From Balanoglossus misakiensis (taxonomy: Eukaryota; Animalia; Hemichordata), in contig CM082577.2 in NCBI GenBank assembly GCA_040954595.2, positions 4,886,301 to 4,950,300 on the forward strand: a stretch of DNA of 64,000 nt, in the 5' to 3' direction. A program made the translations under genes and the position numbers. Below are positions 26,601 to 38,600 of the stretch, piece after piece (positions within the stretch are counted from its first letter, which is position 1; every line of letters begins with the position of its first letter). The notes under the pieces were generated by a model. That model made no database searches. It worked only from the letters and a program-made list of their open reading frames with translations, and was not told the DNA's origin.

Positions 26601-29600
26601 TAGTCTAACCTCAGACAGGTGGTTCTCTGCAGAACCAGAGCGCTGTCCAGTTTTGTTTTGCACAGCTCTTCTCACAACTTTTTGCTGTTGTTGTAGTTCA
26701 GAAATGCTATTTTGTTTTTCTGCATTTGATACAGTGGTCACATATGACTGCGGTTTGCCAACTACAGCAGGTACCTGACTTTCGTGTTGCTGTTGTTTGT
26801 TTGCCTGAACGACTCTAACACCTTGTTGGACTTTTGGAACATCGTTTTGTCTTTGTTGATCTGTAACATAGTGGCGTGGTTTGTTAACAGCATAGACACG
26901 ACTGCCTTGTTGCTGATATTGGGTTCTTTGAAGATTTTTGACATCTTCCTGTTGTCTCGCATCTCTTTGTTTTACTGTGTGGGATGCCTTTACAAAGGAA
27001 TACTGTGGTTTGCCCACAGTATTAGTGCTGTCGCGCTTATGTTGATTTTGGTTTCTTGAAACAATTCTGACATCCTTCTGTTGCATTGGGTCACTGGGTA
27101 CAACTGTGACTGAATGTTGTGGTCTGCTGACAGTATAGACGCGATCGCTTCGCTGTTTGTCTTGGTTTCCCCGAACAACATTCACACCTCTTTGCTGTTG
27201 AACACGCGTTACATTTTGATTCTGCAAACCTGTCGTACCAGCGACATTTTGTGGACCGTCAACAGCGTAGGCACGAGCGCTACGCGGCCGATTTTGCACG
27301 TCGGAAACAACACTGACATCATTCTGCGTCGTTTGTCTAACTTTACGATTCTGCTGGTCAACGCTCAAAACGTACTGTTTGGGCTGCTGGTTAGCATGGA
27401 TGACATGATAGCGTTGTTGCTGATTGGGTGCGACAACACCTGTATTGTGTCGCAGCAGTGGCGACTGCGACTGAGCATGAGTGACAACACGCTGAGAACG
27501 GTCGTAGGGACGAACACGCTCATTCTCGGGGCGGCCGTCTGCAGGCGTCAGAGCACGGCTGACGGTGTGAGATGGTGGTTCAGTACGGTGCGATTCATTG
27601 GAAAAGTCATTGACATAGACGAAAGCAACAGATCTATAGCGACTCACATGTTCATTATCTTCTGTGTTAGGTTCTAAGGAAGACTCAGGGGTGAACTGTC
27701 AGGTAGGGAAAGATAAATATGAGACAAACAGTCACAACATTTCAGGTCGCCCGTGGTTAGTGTTTTTTTTTTATGAATATACTGACCCTGAAATACACAC
27801 ACCACAGAACATGCATTTATAGAAAGGAAGAGTGGATGATTAGTGGGGTTAAAATTTCTAAGAAAAAAAATCTTTGGATTTTGGAAGAATTGTATCAGTT
27901 TAAATGTAAAAGTCATGCAACGTGTCAAATGTTAGGAAGACTTGAAATGTAAAAGGTACACATGCAAATTGGAATAAGAAGAATTGTATCAGTGGAAATA
28001 CAAAATATGTCAATGATGAGTGTAGTTGTAAGTTGGTGTTTTGTACTGAACCAGGCATCTGTGAATACACAACACAATTACAGGCAAAGAGCATTATAAC
28101 ACTTTGCAAGTGAAAAACAACATGTTTCTGAATGACAAGGGCCTGACGTACATCTGTAAACTACTTGAAAACAGTTGTGACTGCCCATCAGGTTAATTAC
28201 TTTTAAGGTTGTCCACGGACAAATTTAACTCTTATGTTACTGACTAAATGTTGCACTAGCCATGTCAGCTCAGACACACAATCATGATTGCCGAGGACAC
28301 GGAAGTCAACATAATGAACACTGCCACTCCTAACATGAACATGATCATGTTCCATTAAAATTCTACAGGGGCTATGTTCAACAAACTGAACCTTGCAATG
28401 GCTATGTTCAACATGTATAGTAAACTTTGTGGTGGCTATGGACAATTAACCCATTGAATTTGTAAATTATGTACGGTTTGCTGAGTCGAACATGGTGCAT
28501 CATTGCTATGGCCTTAGTGACTGTGTTAATGCCATATACAAAATTAATCACCATTTGATGACAGCGTAATCCTATCCACTGAACTGACTTCAAAGATCGT
28601 GATCAATCAATGACTGACAAACCACACTTACAAAAACTTAGATAAGTGCCATTAAAAACAAAAGTCCACTATGGCGTACACCATTGGTGGCGCTATACAC
28701 TTGGTCGATCGTAATTTCACAGGAAATGCAGCATATTTTTGATACTTTCAACACGAATATAAGCTAGTCTGACCCCACATCTAGCCCTATGCAGATCAAC
28801 TCTACCAAATTATATACAATACCATTATGCCAGAAATACAACTCAGAATGTAAGTCAAGAAAAGACACTAAATGAACATTACCTGTACAGATTTCCTTCG
28901 ATTCAAAAGCGCCAGGGCTTCCTGGTGCGTCTTTTCCTGTTGTTCCTTCACTTTCTCCAGCGCTTCCGTGTGAACGGCGTCTTTCTGCTGCTGGATCTTC
29001 TCCAGGGCTTCTTTGTGTATCCTTTCCTCCACATCTTCATACTCGTAGTCGTAGTCCAGCTCATCTATTTTAGTTGCTGGCTGGGGAGGGGGAGGAGGAG
29101 GAGGAGGAGGCGGGGCAGCCGCGGTTTTCTCCTTCTTGATCTCGGTGGTGGTCTTCTTGCCGAGAATAGCCAGGGCCTGCGCGTGAGAGTCTTGCGGCTT
29201 GCGGAAGGAAGACTGCTTGGTCACCTTTGTGGTGCTCTCCCTGACAACCTCGACGTTCTTATTCACTGGGGGTGGGGGAGGGGGGTGGTGCACTTCAGTA
29301 GTTTTCTTTTCCACTTGAACGTGTATCGCCGATTTGTACATGAGAGACGTCGGCCTCACGGCTTTCTTTTCCTCCACGCTGACTGGCTTGCCGCCGCGCT
29401 GTTTGATGAGTTCCAAAGTCTGGGAGTGCACGTCTTGATCCTTCACGGCGGCAGTTTTCAAGATGCTTTTGATTTCCCTAGATGGTCTCTCTTCAATTTT
29501 CAGTCTCCCTGGCACGTTTGTCAGTCCGCCCACGTCATCGTCGCCTTCAATTTCCACCTGCAGCTTGTGAACCTCGTTCAGATGTCTCTCTATCTCTTTC

Positions 29601-32600
29601 GCCTTCGGGGGCCACACGACTTTCCCGACTCTGACAGTCTTGGCCCGCGAGGCGTAACTCTTGTCCCTGACCTTCAGCTTGATGGCGGCGGGTGCAACCA
29701 CTGCTGGTGGAGGGGCTGGACCAGGGGGCGGCGGGGGAGGAGCCATTCCTTTGCTGGATTCTTGAGGAGGGGGCGACGGAAGACGGGACGACCGAATGGC
29801 AGAGTCGGATCTCTCGGACGCTTTGGACGCCGTTCTGGTGATCTTCACCACTGTCACCGCGTTGGCCGGTCTGGACTCCGACGTCGATGGCGCGGGGGCT
29901 TCTGTTTGCGGTGGCCGCGGTGGCGGAGGTGGTGGTGGCGGTGGGGGTGAGGGTGGCGGGCGCTCGGGAACCCCGTTGGGCAACGACGCCTCCACCGAGG
30001 CCTCTGCCGTGCTGGTGCTGACGCTGACATCGACCGCTCCGTTCATGGCGCTGGTCGACGGTGGCGGGCTGGTGGCGCCGCTCTCGAACCTGTTGGCAAT
30101 CTTTGTGACCGAGGTCCGCTTGTGCATGGGACTGGTTCCCGTGGTTACTCTGGTTGCCGGGGTGGCTACAGTAGCCGAGACCCGCGACTGTTTCTGCAGA
30201 TTTTCTAGCATCTCTCTCTGCTGCTGCATTTGCATCTGTTGAGCCTTTTTAGAAAAGACAAAGAGAGAAGAAATACTTACAGTTTAGATGTTTTCTTTGC
30301 TGAATAATTCACAAGTCATAATCATGCTATTTAGGAAAGGCCTACAAAAGCTGTGGGACGGTTATCAAGGAGAAAAGAATACCACCTTATCAAAGAGCAT
30401 GAAACTGCTTGGAGCCACTAGAATCAGCCAAACTGGATCAGTTTGCAAAACAAAAGGACCACCGCGTGAAACCTCTAACATGTCACATCATCCTTGGCAA
30501 TACAGTTGCTATGAAAGGAAACTGACTTAAATTTCAACTGCAAGCCATGGGGATGTACGCGACTGTTTACACTAACCATGATGGTTTGCTGGTTGAGATA
30601 GGCTTGTTGGGCCAACATCGCCTGCTGCTGTTGTTGGTAGACTTGCTGCGGATCGTAGGCCGACACCATCACTGGCTGTTGCGCCGGTACCATCATTGGC
30701 TGCTGGGCTGGCATCATCATGGGCTGCTGCATCATTGGCTGCTGCATCATTGGCTGCTGGACAACTGGTTGTTGCATGACTGGATACATGGCTGTAATTG
30801 GCGGTACAAATGAAAGGATAAGACAGGGTCAGTGCAGACGCCAAGAAAAACCATGTGATGCCTGCAACTGGTAGACATTCATGGATAACTCTAAACAGAA
30901 ACTCTGAAGAAACAGACATCAACAGATTAAGAATTTTACCAGATTTTTAAAATCATTCAAGAGTTCTATCTGCCCTTCCCATGCAAACATTACCCCATGT
31001 ATATCAACAGGACTATTACACTACAACTTCAATAGAACAGTACTCCAAACCGCAGAAACATACGCATAAAACATGCAAGTACAATTTATATTCCTTTACA
31101 CATTCCTATAGAAACACTTAAGTTTGTACCACTGCGAACATGACTTTTGTGTGCACTGATACGATTTTTCAATGACACAGAAATCATGTTGATTGCATTG
31201 TGGAGCGAGCCTATTGATAAACACAGAGTTAGAAACACAAGACAATCCAAAATGCAACAAACAATTAGAAATATCCACACACAGTGACATGAGTACAGAA
31301 TTCAATGACAGCAAATACCAACAGCGTTCATGATGAAATAACTGAGTTTTGAGTGTTTATTCTGTGTGCACATTCTAGTGGAGGTACATGTATAGTGTAC
31401 CAATGCAAAAAAAAAAATTAAATCAGACAACTTCACAGAGGTGAGGAATTTTGATGAATGAAAATCTCTGAACCACTTTCAAGAAACCTGAAATGTTGTC
31501 AGTGGTCAAATACTTTCACTTTATTAAAGATGATATACCAGTTGTATTCCATAACTGGCATATACTCATTCGCACGAGTTTTTCCAACATTGATGTAGCC
31601 AGGGTTAAAAGATAACATGATAGAATTGACTGCACAAAGGTTGGTAAACTCAAGACTCAGTTAATATCCATAGACAAATCTATGGTTTATTCAAAGTGAT
31701 AGCAACTTTACAACATGTATATTTGACGGCAGATTTTCAAAAGTACCAGGATGTGTGACCTTTAAGGTCACCAGCAACAGCAATGAATGCCATGCTTGAC
31801 TGAGTTTTACACAGGGAAATGGCAGAAACTTACCCATGAAATGAAGGGTTGGTGAAATGCAGGGTAAAATAAGAGAAACGGGGTGTCAATGAAGGTAATA
31901 TGATGATGACGATGAAACCAAATATGAGAAAATCAACATGAATTTGGTTTGAAAGATGGGGCGTGGGGGGTTCTGAATACATGCGCTGCAACGATGTAAA
32001 AGAACATTCATGCATTGCGATGAAGGCATGGGTCTCTCCACATTTATTGGTTTTGGATGCAGTGAGATTCACAATGTCTGGCGGCAAAGCAAAGCAATCA
32101 AGTTTAAAGGGTCAACGCTGTGGGGTGCATGGTACCTTTCCTGCGAGAAATTTAATTTATGCTATATGTTAATCAACACACGTGCAGTTATAAAGCATGC
32201 AAAGATTACATCAAAGTACACGTGAGTCAAGCAAAGCGATCTGTGTGTGTTACAAACAGCAAATAGTTAGTGAGAGTGCTGCAAGCATCAAAGCCAGTGT
32301 AGCAAAATGTCGAGCTGGTGCAGCAAAAGTGTAAACATCGCAAAGCCGGTGTGATTAACTATTATTGATCAGAAGACCACACACATTAAAAAAACATCCA
32401 CACATCCACTGAGTGACAGAGAGATGCCTCTTTTTAAACTATACCACACCTTGCATATTAGAGACAGGCATGCTTGGCATTGTTGCCATGGTTGCCATGC
32501 TCGGCATGGTGGCCATGGGCGCCATGCTTGGCAGGCCGCCCATGGGTGCCATAGCGGTCATTGGAGCCATTGCTGGCATACTGGGTTGTAAAACTACAAC

Positions 32601-35600
32601 GGCAGGAGAAATAAAAAGAAAACAAGTCACACTTATTAGATCGCAATCACCACTCAGCAAAACAAAAGTAAGACGCAATTACTTCATGGCAGTGTTTTTG
32701 GTCTGGATTTGTAGTGATTTGTAAACTTTATCAATCCTCAGTATTCTATTCTGAAAAGAGTCTACCATTTATCTGAGAAAAGTCATACAGAAAATTCACT
32801 ATCCTCATTCTTCTCAAGTGTCCTCCATATATGTTTGATGTTCTCTTTTACAATAAAAGAAAATGTGGAGTTATACTTGATATTTGAAACATTATTACCA
32901 ATTTTGTGTTCACACTCAGGCTATTGGGGATATTCGAACCATTGACAAAAGACAATTAGGGTAACTTTAAAATTCATACTCATTACGAGTTTTCAATCAA
33001 AATGATCTCAAACGTCGTTGAATATAGTACAACATTGAAAACAAAAAGTTGCACTAGTGTACTGCTTTTCAAAATCTGTCAAAGCATATTGTGATTTCAA
33101 ACAAGTCAGTTGTCAGTTAACTTTATGCATTAATTTACCAGCATGCATGCAAGCAAGAAGTTACCAAAGGTGCATTAATTAAGATACGATACATCTAGCA
33201 TGCTAAATTCAGTATATTTCTCATTAATGCATTCATTTCTTTATGATTACACAATATATTTGTTATACAGTGTCCTTGCTATGGGTTGGTAGCAATGGTT
33301 TAGTTCAAAGTCATTGTTTCCTATGGTAAAGTTGGACCTCAACACATGGATATGGGAGGTGGAAGGGTTACAACACCCACCACCATACATGCAAACTCAT
33401 ACAAACAAATGGTACCTAAAAATAATAGCTATTAAATATTGGTACCACCGTCTGTAAAAAGACACTGCTAAACACACATATCAAAATCATGCTACTGATA
33501 TAACAGATTAGAAAGAGGCGTTGACAATCACTGTATATTTCATCCTGCAAGAAACATGCCAGGAGGTAAATTGATAAACACTGGCATAAAACGTGGAACA
33601 TTAAATTCAACACACAATGCAAAGAATCAGCAAATTTTTATTCTCAGTACACCATCATGCATTACAGCACATTGCTTTTTCATGCATTAAAACAGTCTAA
33701 TCCTGCGTATAGCTGTTTATTTATACTTCTCTGTTATTACTCAATTTTGTCTGATTTCTAACCCTACTTTTCCATGGAATAATTATAGCTTACCTGGCTG
33801 TTGTATTTGGACGACTGGAATGCTGGGAGCCCCATTGGCCATTGTGGACTCTGAAGATTATTACAAACGATACAAAAATGTTGTCAAATCATTATTTACA
33901 TTGTAGCTGTGGTGACATCATTTCAGGTTAAAGTGTACGTACATGCATTAACAATTTTAAGTAGAAAAAAGTTAGAGCACCAGTGTACACATTGCTGCAA
34001 AGTCTTCGAGGGAACAGATGCGAGAGAAAAAGTTCCGAATGGCAAATGTAAAGTTAAGCTCCACAAATTCTGGATCGATTCATCAATGACCCCTAAAAAA
34101 GACAAGCAGTTTAATACACTGGTGCTTGAGTCAGGGTAATAGGGTATTTTTTATCTAAGGGCGTTAGTTGACTACCCAGTCACCACACAGATTTCTTTCA
34201 GGCAGAACCATCAGCTACTGGTAGAATTCTCATTACTGCAGCAAATGCAGCAAATTCAGTTCCAGTCCAGAAGTGGCAAGACAGTTCCTTCAAGAAATCA
34301 GCACAACATGCTCAATCAATCAATCAATCAACCCAAACAAACTACTTCCTACAATTACAGGAGTCAGAAAACCAATATTGCCATGCTTTATTCAACTGCA
34401 ACACCAGTCAGCAGTCAGATATCACCAGTAGGTCCCACGAATTATATTTTGTGTTTTCAACAGTCACTGAGTCAGTGTGATTTATGTCATTTCTGATTTT
34501 TTTGTATACCCATATCACTGGACAGACAATGTATGTGAAGGACCATGGCATAGTGTATCTGTCTATAACAGTGTTGCAGTATTAAAGACAGGATTGATTA
34601 AAAACTGTTGGGTTACTAAAATGTTCTCTGGGGGTATTCTGTTGAAGAGGAATAGAAGGGGTTTACTGGAGTAGACTTTTTAACCTGCAAGTCAAACAAT
34701 GGGTCTCTGTTGTTGATTTCTCAGACGTTCACGAGTTGAACATGCCGTGATATTATATTCAAGAAAGTTATACTATGAAGTGATATTTGTCTTCAATTTA
34801 TAATGTTTAACTCTATAATCATTCTGTAATAATCCAATACCCTATTTACACCTGGTCAGTATCAAGTAGATTTGCCAAATAAATATTATGAATATTAACG
34901 AACTGAGAAATCAAACAACTGAGACCCTGAGAAGACATGTTAGTTTTTAACTGTGCTGAAATGTCTAGACAGGAAATTAGTTCATTAGCTGTGTTCCATT
35001 CTTAGTTGTGCATGTAATCAACAGTGTGATTACCTTGCCGAATGCTTGTCATTGGAAAACGCCTATACCCTGTATTAAGATGTATCAAAACACAAATCTC
35101 AGATTGTTAGCGCTGGAGTAACACCTAATTACACAGAATTAACAGAAACAGACTTTGGACACATAATGATACAATATTCTCAATTTTAAGAGAGAATAAT
35201 CTTAAGTTGCATTGCGTAAAATATGAGAAAAGTTGACGAATTTGATTTTCGAGGCGCATTCTACCTTAAAGGGGTCAAAGTGCAGAGGTCGACATTACCT
35301 GCGGAACCAGAGCTTGACCCCGGTGGACCGCGCCCACCTCCCTTGAGCTTCATGTCCACAGCATTGGCATCGGTCAGCGGCTCCATGTTGGCAGAAATGA
35401 CCGGATCGAAAAGCCGGTCCAAGTAATCATCCATGTCGGTCGGGGAGTTGACCGAAGGCACGGGAACCATGCGGATCTTGGTTCCCAGGGTGACCACCGA
35501 CGCCCGGGAGACGGCCGACTTGGCGTCGGAGCGGTCGCTGCGATCGCTGCCGACAGACCCGGACCGGCTCATTCGCATTTGCGAGTGGTGCGATCTCCTC

Positions 35601-38600
35601 CGCATCGGGGGAGGCGAGGCCTCCACGATCGGTTCCAGCCGGGTGTTGTAGTAGTCTCTCTCCGGGAACGGAAGCCCCTCCGGATCCAGGGTTCCGTTCA
35701 TGAACGCGGTAGTGGCCGGCGCCGACTTCAGCTTCTCCCAGTCTAATCCGTCATAGTCGGGTTCCGGAATGGCGTACGAGGTTCCGTTTTCCGACGCGGG
35801 TGGGGAGCTGGAATTCTGGTGGACCACTGCATTGTGTGTCACGGTATTTGCTGTGTGCGCCTGTGCCTGCACGTGGTGCCGAGCTGCAATTTCCTCGTTT
35901 GCCAACAGCTTCTCGATGTCTGGCATTTGACTGTGGAGGCAAAGAAGTCAAAAATGTCACCAGAAAAAACCGGACTGCAATAAACATATCAATTAAAACA
36001 AGACAGCCCTCTACAGTGGCTATCGGCGGATATTGTTTTGTAAATTTTATTCTTTCATGCTAGAATTTAATCATGCTCTTCTGTGCACTAAAGCCATACA
36101 CCTGAGCGAAACCAACCAGTGCATTTTGAAAATCTAATAACCATTTTGAACTCACTTTGGGGCCAACGTCATCTTCCTTTGTGGGGGACCTTCTCTGGCG
36201 ATTTCAGACGACACCAGGAACTGCGACTCCAGCACCGGAAATTCCGGTGGCACTTCGACTTCGGAAATCAGATCCAGGACATAGTCGTAGCCGGCAATTT
36301 CGTATCGTTCATTGTCATCCTTCATCCACACAGACCAACCTTTGTTGCCTTGCGTCACTCCCCTGTGAACAGAAAGACACAGGGGGTCGGAAAAGTTAAA
36401 AGAAAAAAACATAAATGGTTAAAACGGCACCACTTGATTAGACTTCTTATCACCATGTGGTGGCACACTTTTTTTCAGGTGGCTACCCAAGCGAATATCT
36501 GTGATTGGCTGGACCTCGCTTTCCAGTCCGTAACTGCGGCTTCATTTGCAAAGGTGATCATATACCTTTAATAAGGGCTATCAATCGATAGGTCAGTCTT
36601 TTCCAATGGTTTAAGGTAGACTCGCCTCGAAAATCAAAGTCACCTTCTCTCATGAGTCATATTTTCCTCAAGGCAACTTTACAATATTCTCTCTTAAAAT
36701 TGAGAAAACAAACTGGGGTCATTGTACAAAGTTTTTAATGAAGGAACAAAATTATCTCAGATCTTACCTGTTTTTCAAGAGTGCCGCCGCAAACTCCTCC
36801 GCGGTCGTCCAGGAACCCACTTCGCCGATGACTTCCTCGCCGTCGGGATACTTGGCACTGACTGCCATGTTGTTCAACTGCTTGTTGGCCTTCCATTCCA
36901 GCAAGCAGGGCGGGTAGGTTCTTGTTAGACCGCTGTTGACCGTGTCACAGCTCAGCAGTTTGTGCTGACATATGATCTTGTAACCGTCGTACCCGTGGTC
37001 TGAGACGTACCTGTCAACAGAAGTCAACACACAGTTCTTCAGAAACTCATTTAGGTAGTTTTATGACACTTAATTATTATGTTTTTTGGTGGGGGGAACT
37101 TTGGATCTGAAATTCAACGAACAAGACATCTTGATTTCAGAAGTGAAAAATGCCACCAACTTTTCTTTGTAAATATCCAGAATTGTTGATCAGGTGAGGC
37201 ACAATACAAATACTAATACTTACTTCAGAAGGTATTTGTACATCTTGGGAGACGGTGGGAACACACTCAAACAATTGGACATGAGCACCCAGGCACGATC
37301 GTTTTCTTCCTTGTTCTCGTTCTGCCACGTCTGGTTGCACAGCTGACTGTAGATTTCATCCCTCAAGGAACTGTTCTGAAGGCCCTGTCCGAGAAATACG
37401 ACATCAACGGTTAAGGTACATGTAGTACAAGCTTCAGTGACTCAACAATCCATCAATGGACAGAAAAATTATACTGTCCTCACAGCCGATTGTCACAAGC
37501 GCTGTATGATTAAGAACACCACTACTAACCTTTTGTGCAATGAAGTTGCCGAGGGCAACCTCCTTGTCTTTGTTGATGGTCATGTCAGCCATATAACGCT
37601 GGATCATCTTAAAAAGAGCTACGGCTTCCTTGTCGTCAACATCATTCAGTTTCAGAAATCCTGTATCGATCGGTTGATACATCATTCCAAATGCTTTGGT
37701 CTGTCAAATTTGAAAAATGAGAGAAATATTAAATTAACGAGTTACGATGAAACATGCCAGGTGAATATTTCCACAATTGACAGAATGATACAGACGAGGG
37801 TAAATTTCTCTCAGCGCTTGGCTGTCATTTTGAACTTGGCAAGTCTGAGACAATCATGACTTGTGGTTTAAAAACTGAAGACCCCAATTTTGTGTTTTAC
37901 TGAACGCATGAAAATTCTGCTGAATTCCTTTAATCGCTTCACCTTCCTAACACATCCCTTCTTGGAACACAAAATCAGCTGACTTGGCTCACCTTGAAAT
38001 AGATATTTGCATACTTGGAGAAAGGATGGGCATCAATGTCATGTGGCAGAGAGTATCTGTGATCCTGCCTCACGACCTTGCCAACGACCTTGACAACATT
38101 GCGATCTGAGTGTGGAGGTGTCCATTCTGTAAAAAATACAATCATCAAAATTATCAAATGAATCTTACTTGTAATATACAGTTGGACCCATATCACATTG
38201 TGTATTTTGAATGATCATTTCATGCAGTCTTTGTATAAGTAGAAAGTAATGAATTTTGCTGATAAATTACTCTCTAATCATGGACAGCAAATTGATTCAC
38301 TGATTAGAAACGCAGACAAATTTAACATACACACAAAGTAACCAAACAATAAATACTGGAATCAAAACAGCTCACCATCAATTTTGGTGAATATGTACGC
38401 CAACTCGTAAGGCACTTCTAGATGGGCTACTCCTGACTGTTTCCTGACAACTTGTTTTCTGGGTTCATGAACTTCAACTGTTGTCGTGACGCCCCGTCTC
38501 CTCGCTTCGTCTTCGTCCCTCCTCCTGATTTCCTCCCGAAACTGAAAATGTGAATGTCGTCATGGGGTCCAGTCAGTCATTTTGTACCGAGTTTACACAG

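Noticed and set aside
23064-27647. Giant ORF as a retrotransposon or independent gene
   Set aside because: No RT, endonuclease, gag or transposase motifs; starts at GTG without a clear ATG context; bounded by in-phase splice sites matching the host gene (not fully excluded)
28925-29950. 341-aa plus-strand ORF (also 29796..30242, 23520..24437 and others)
   Set aside because: Antisense shadows of GC-rich, low-complexity MYO15 exons with no recognisable protein features
33340-33416. Possible alternative terminal exon [25 protein letters not shown]
   Set aside because: Overlaps a dispersed repeat also present at ~54.5 and ~60.9 kb
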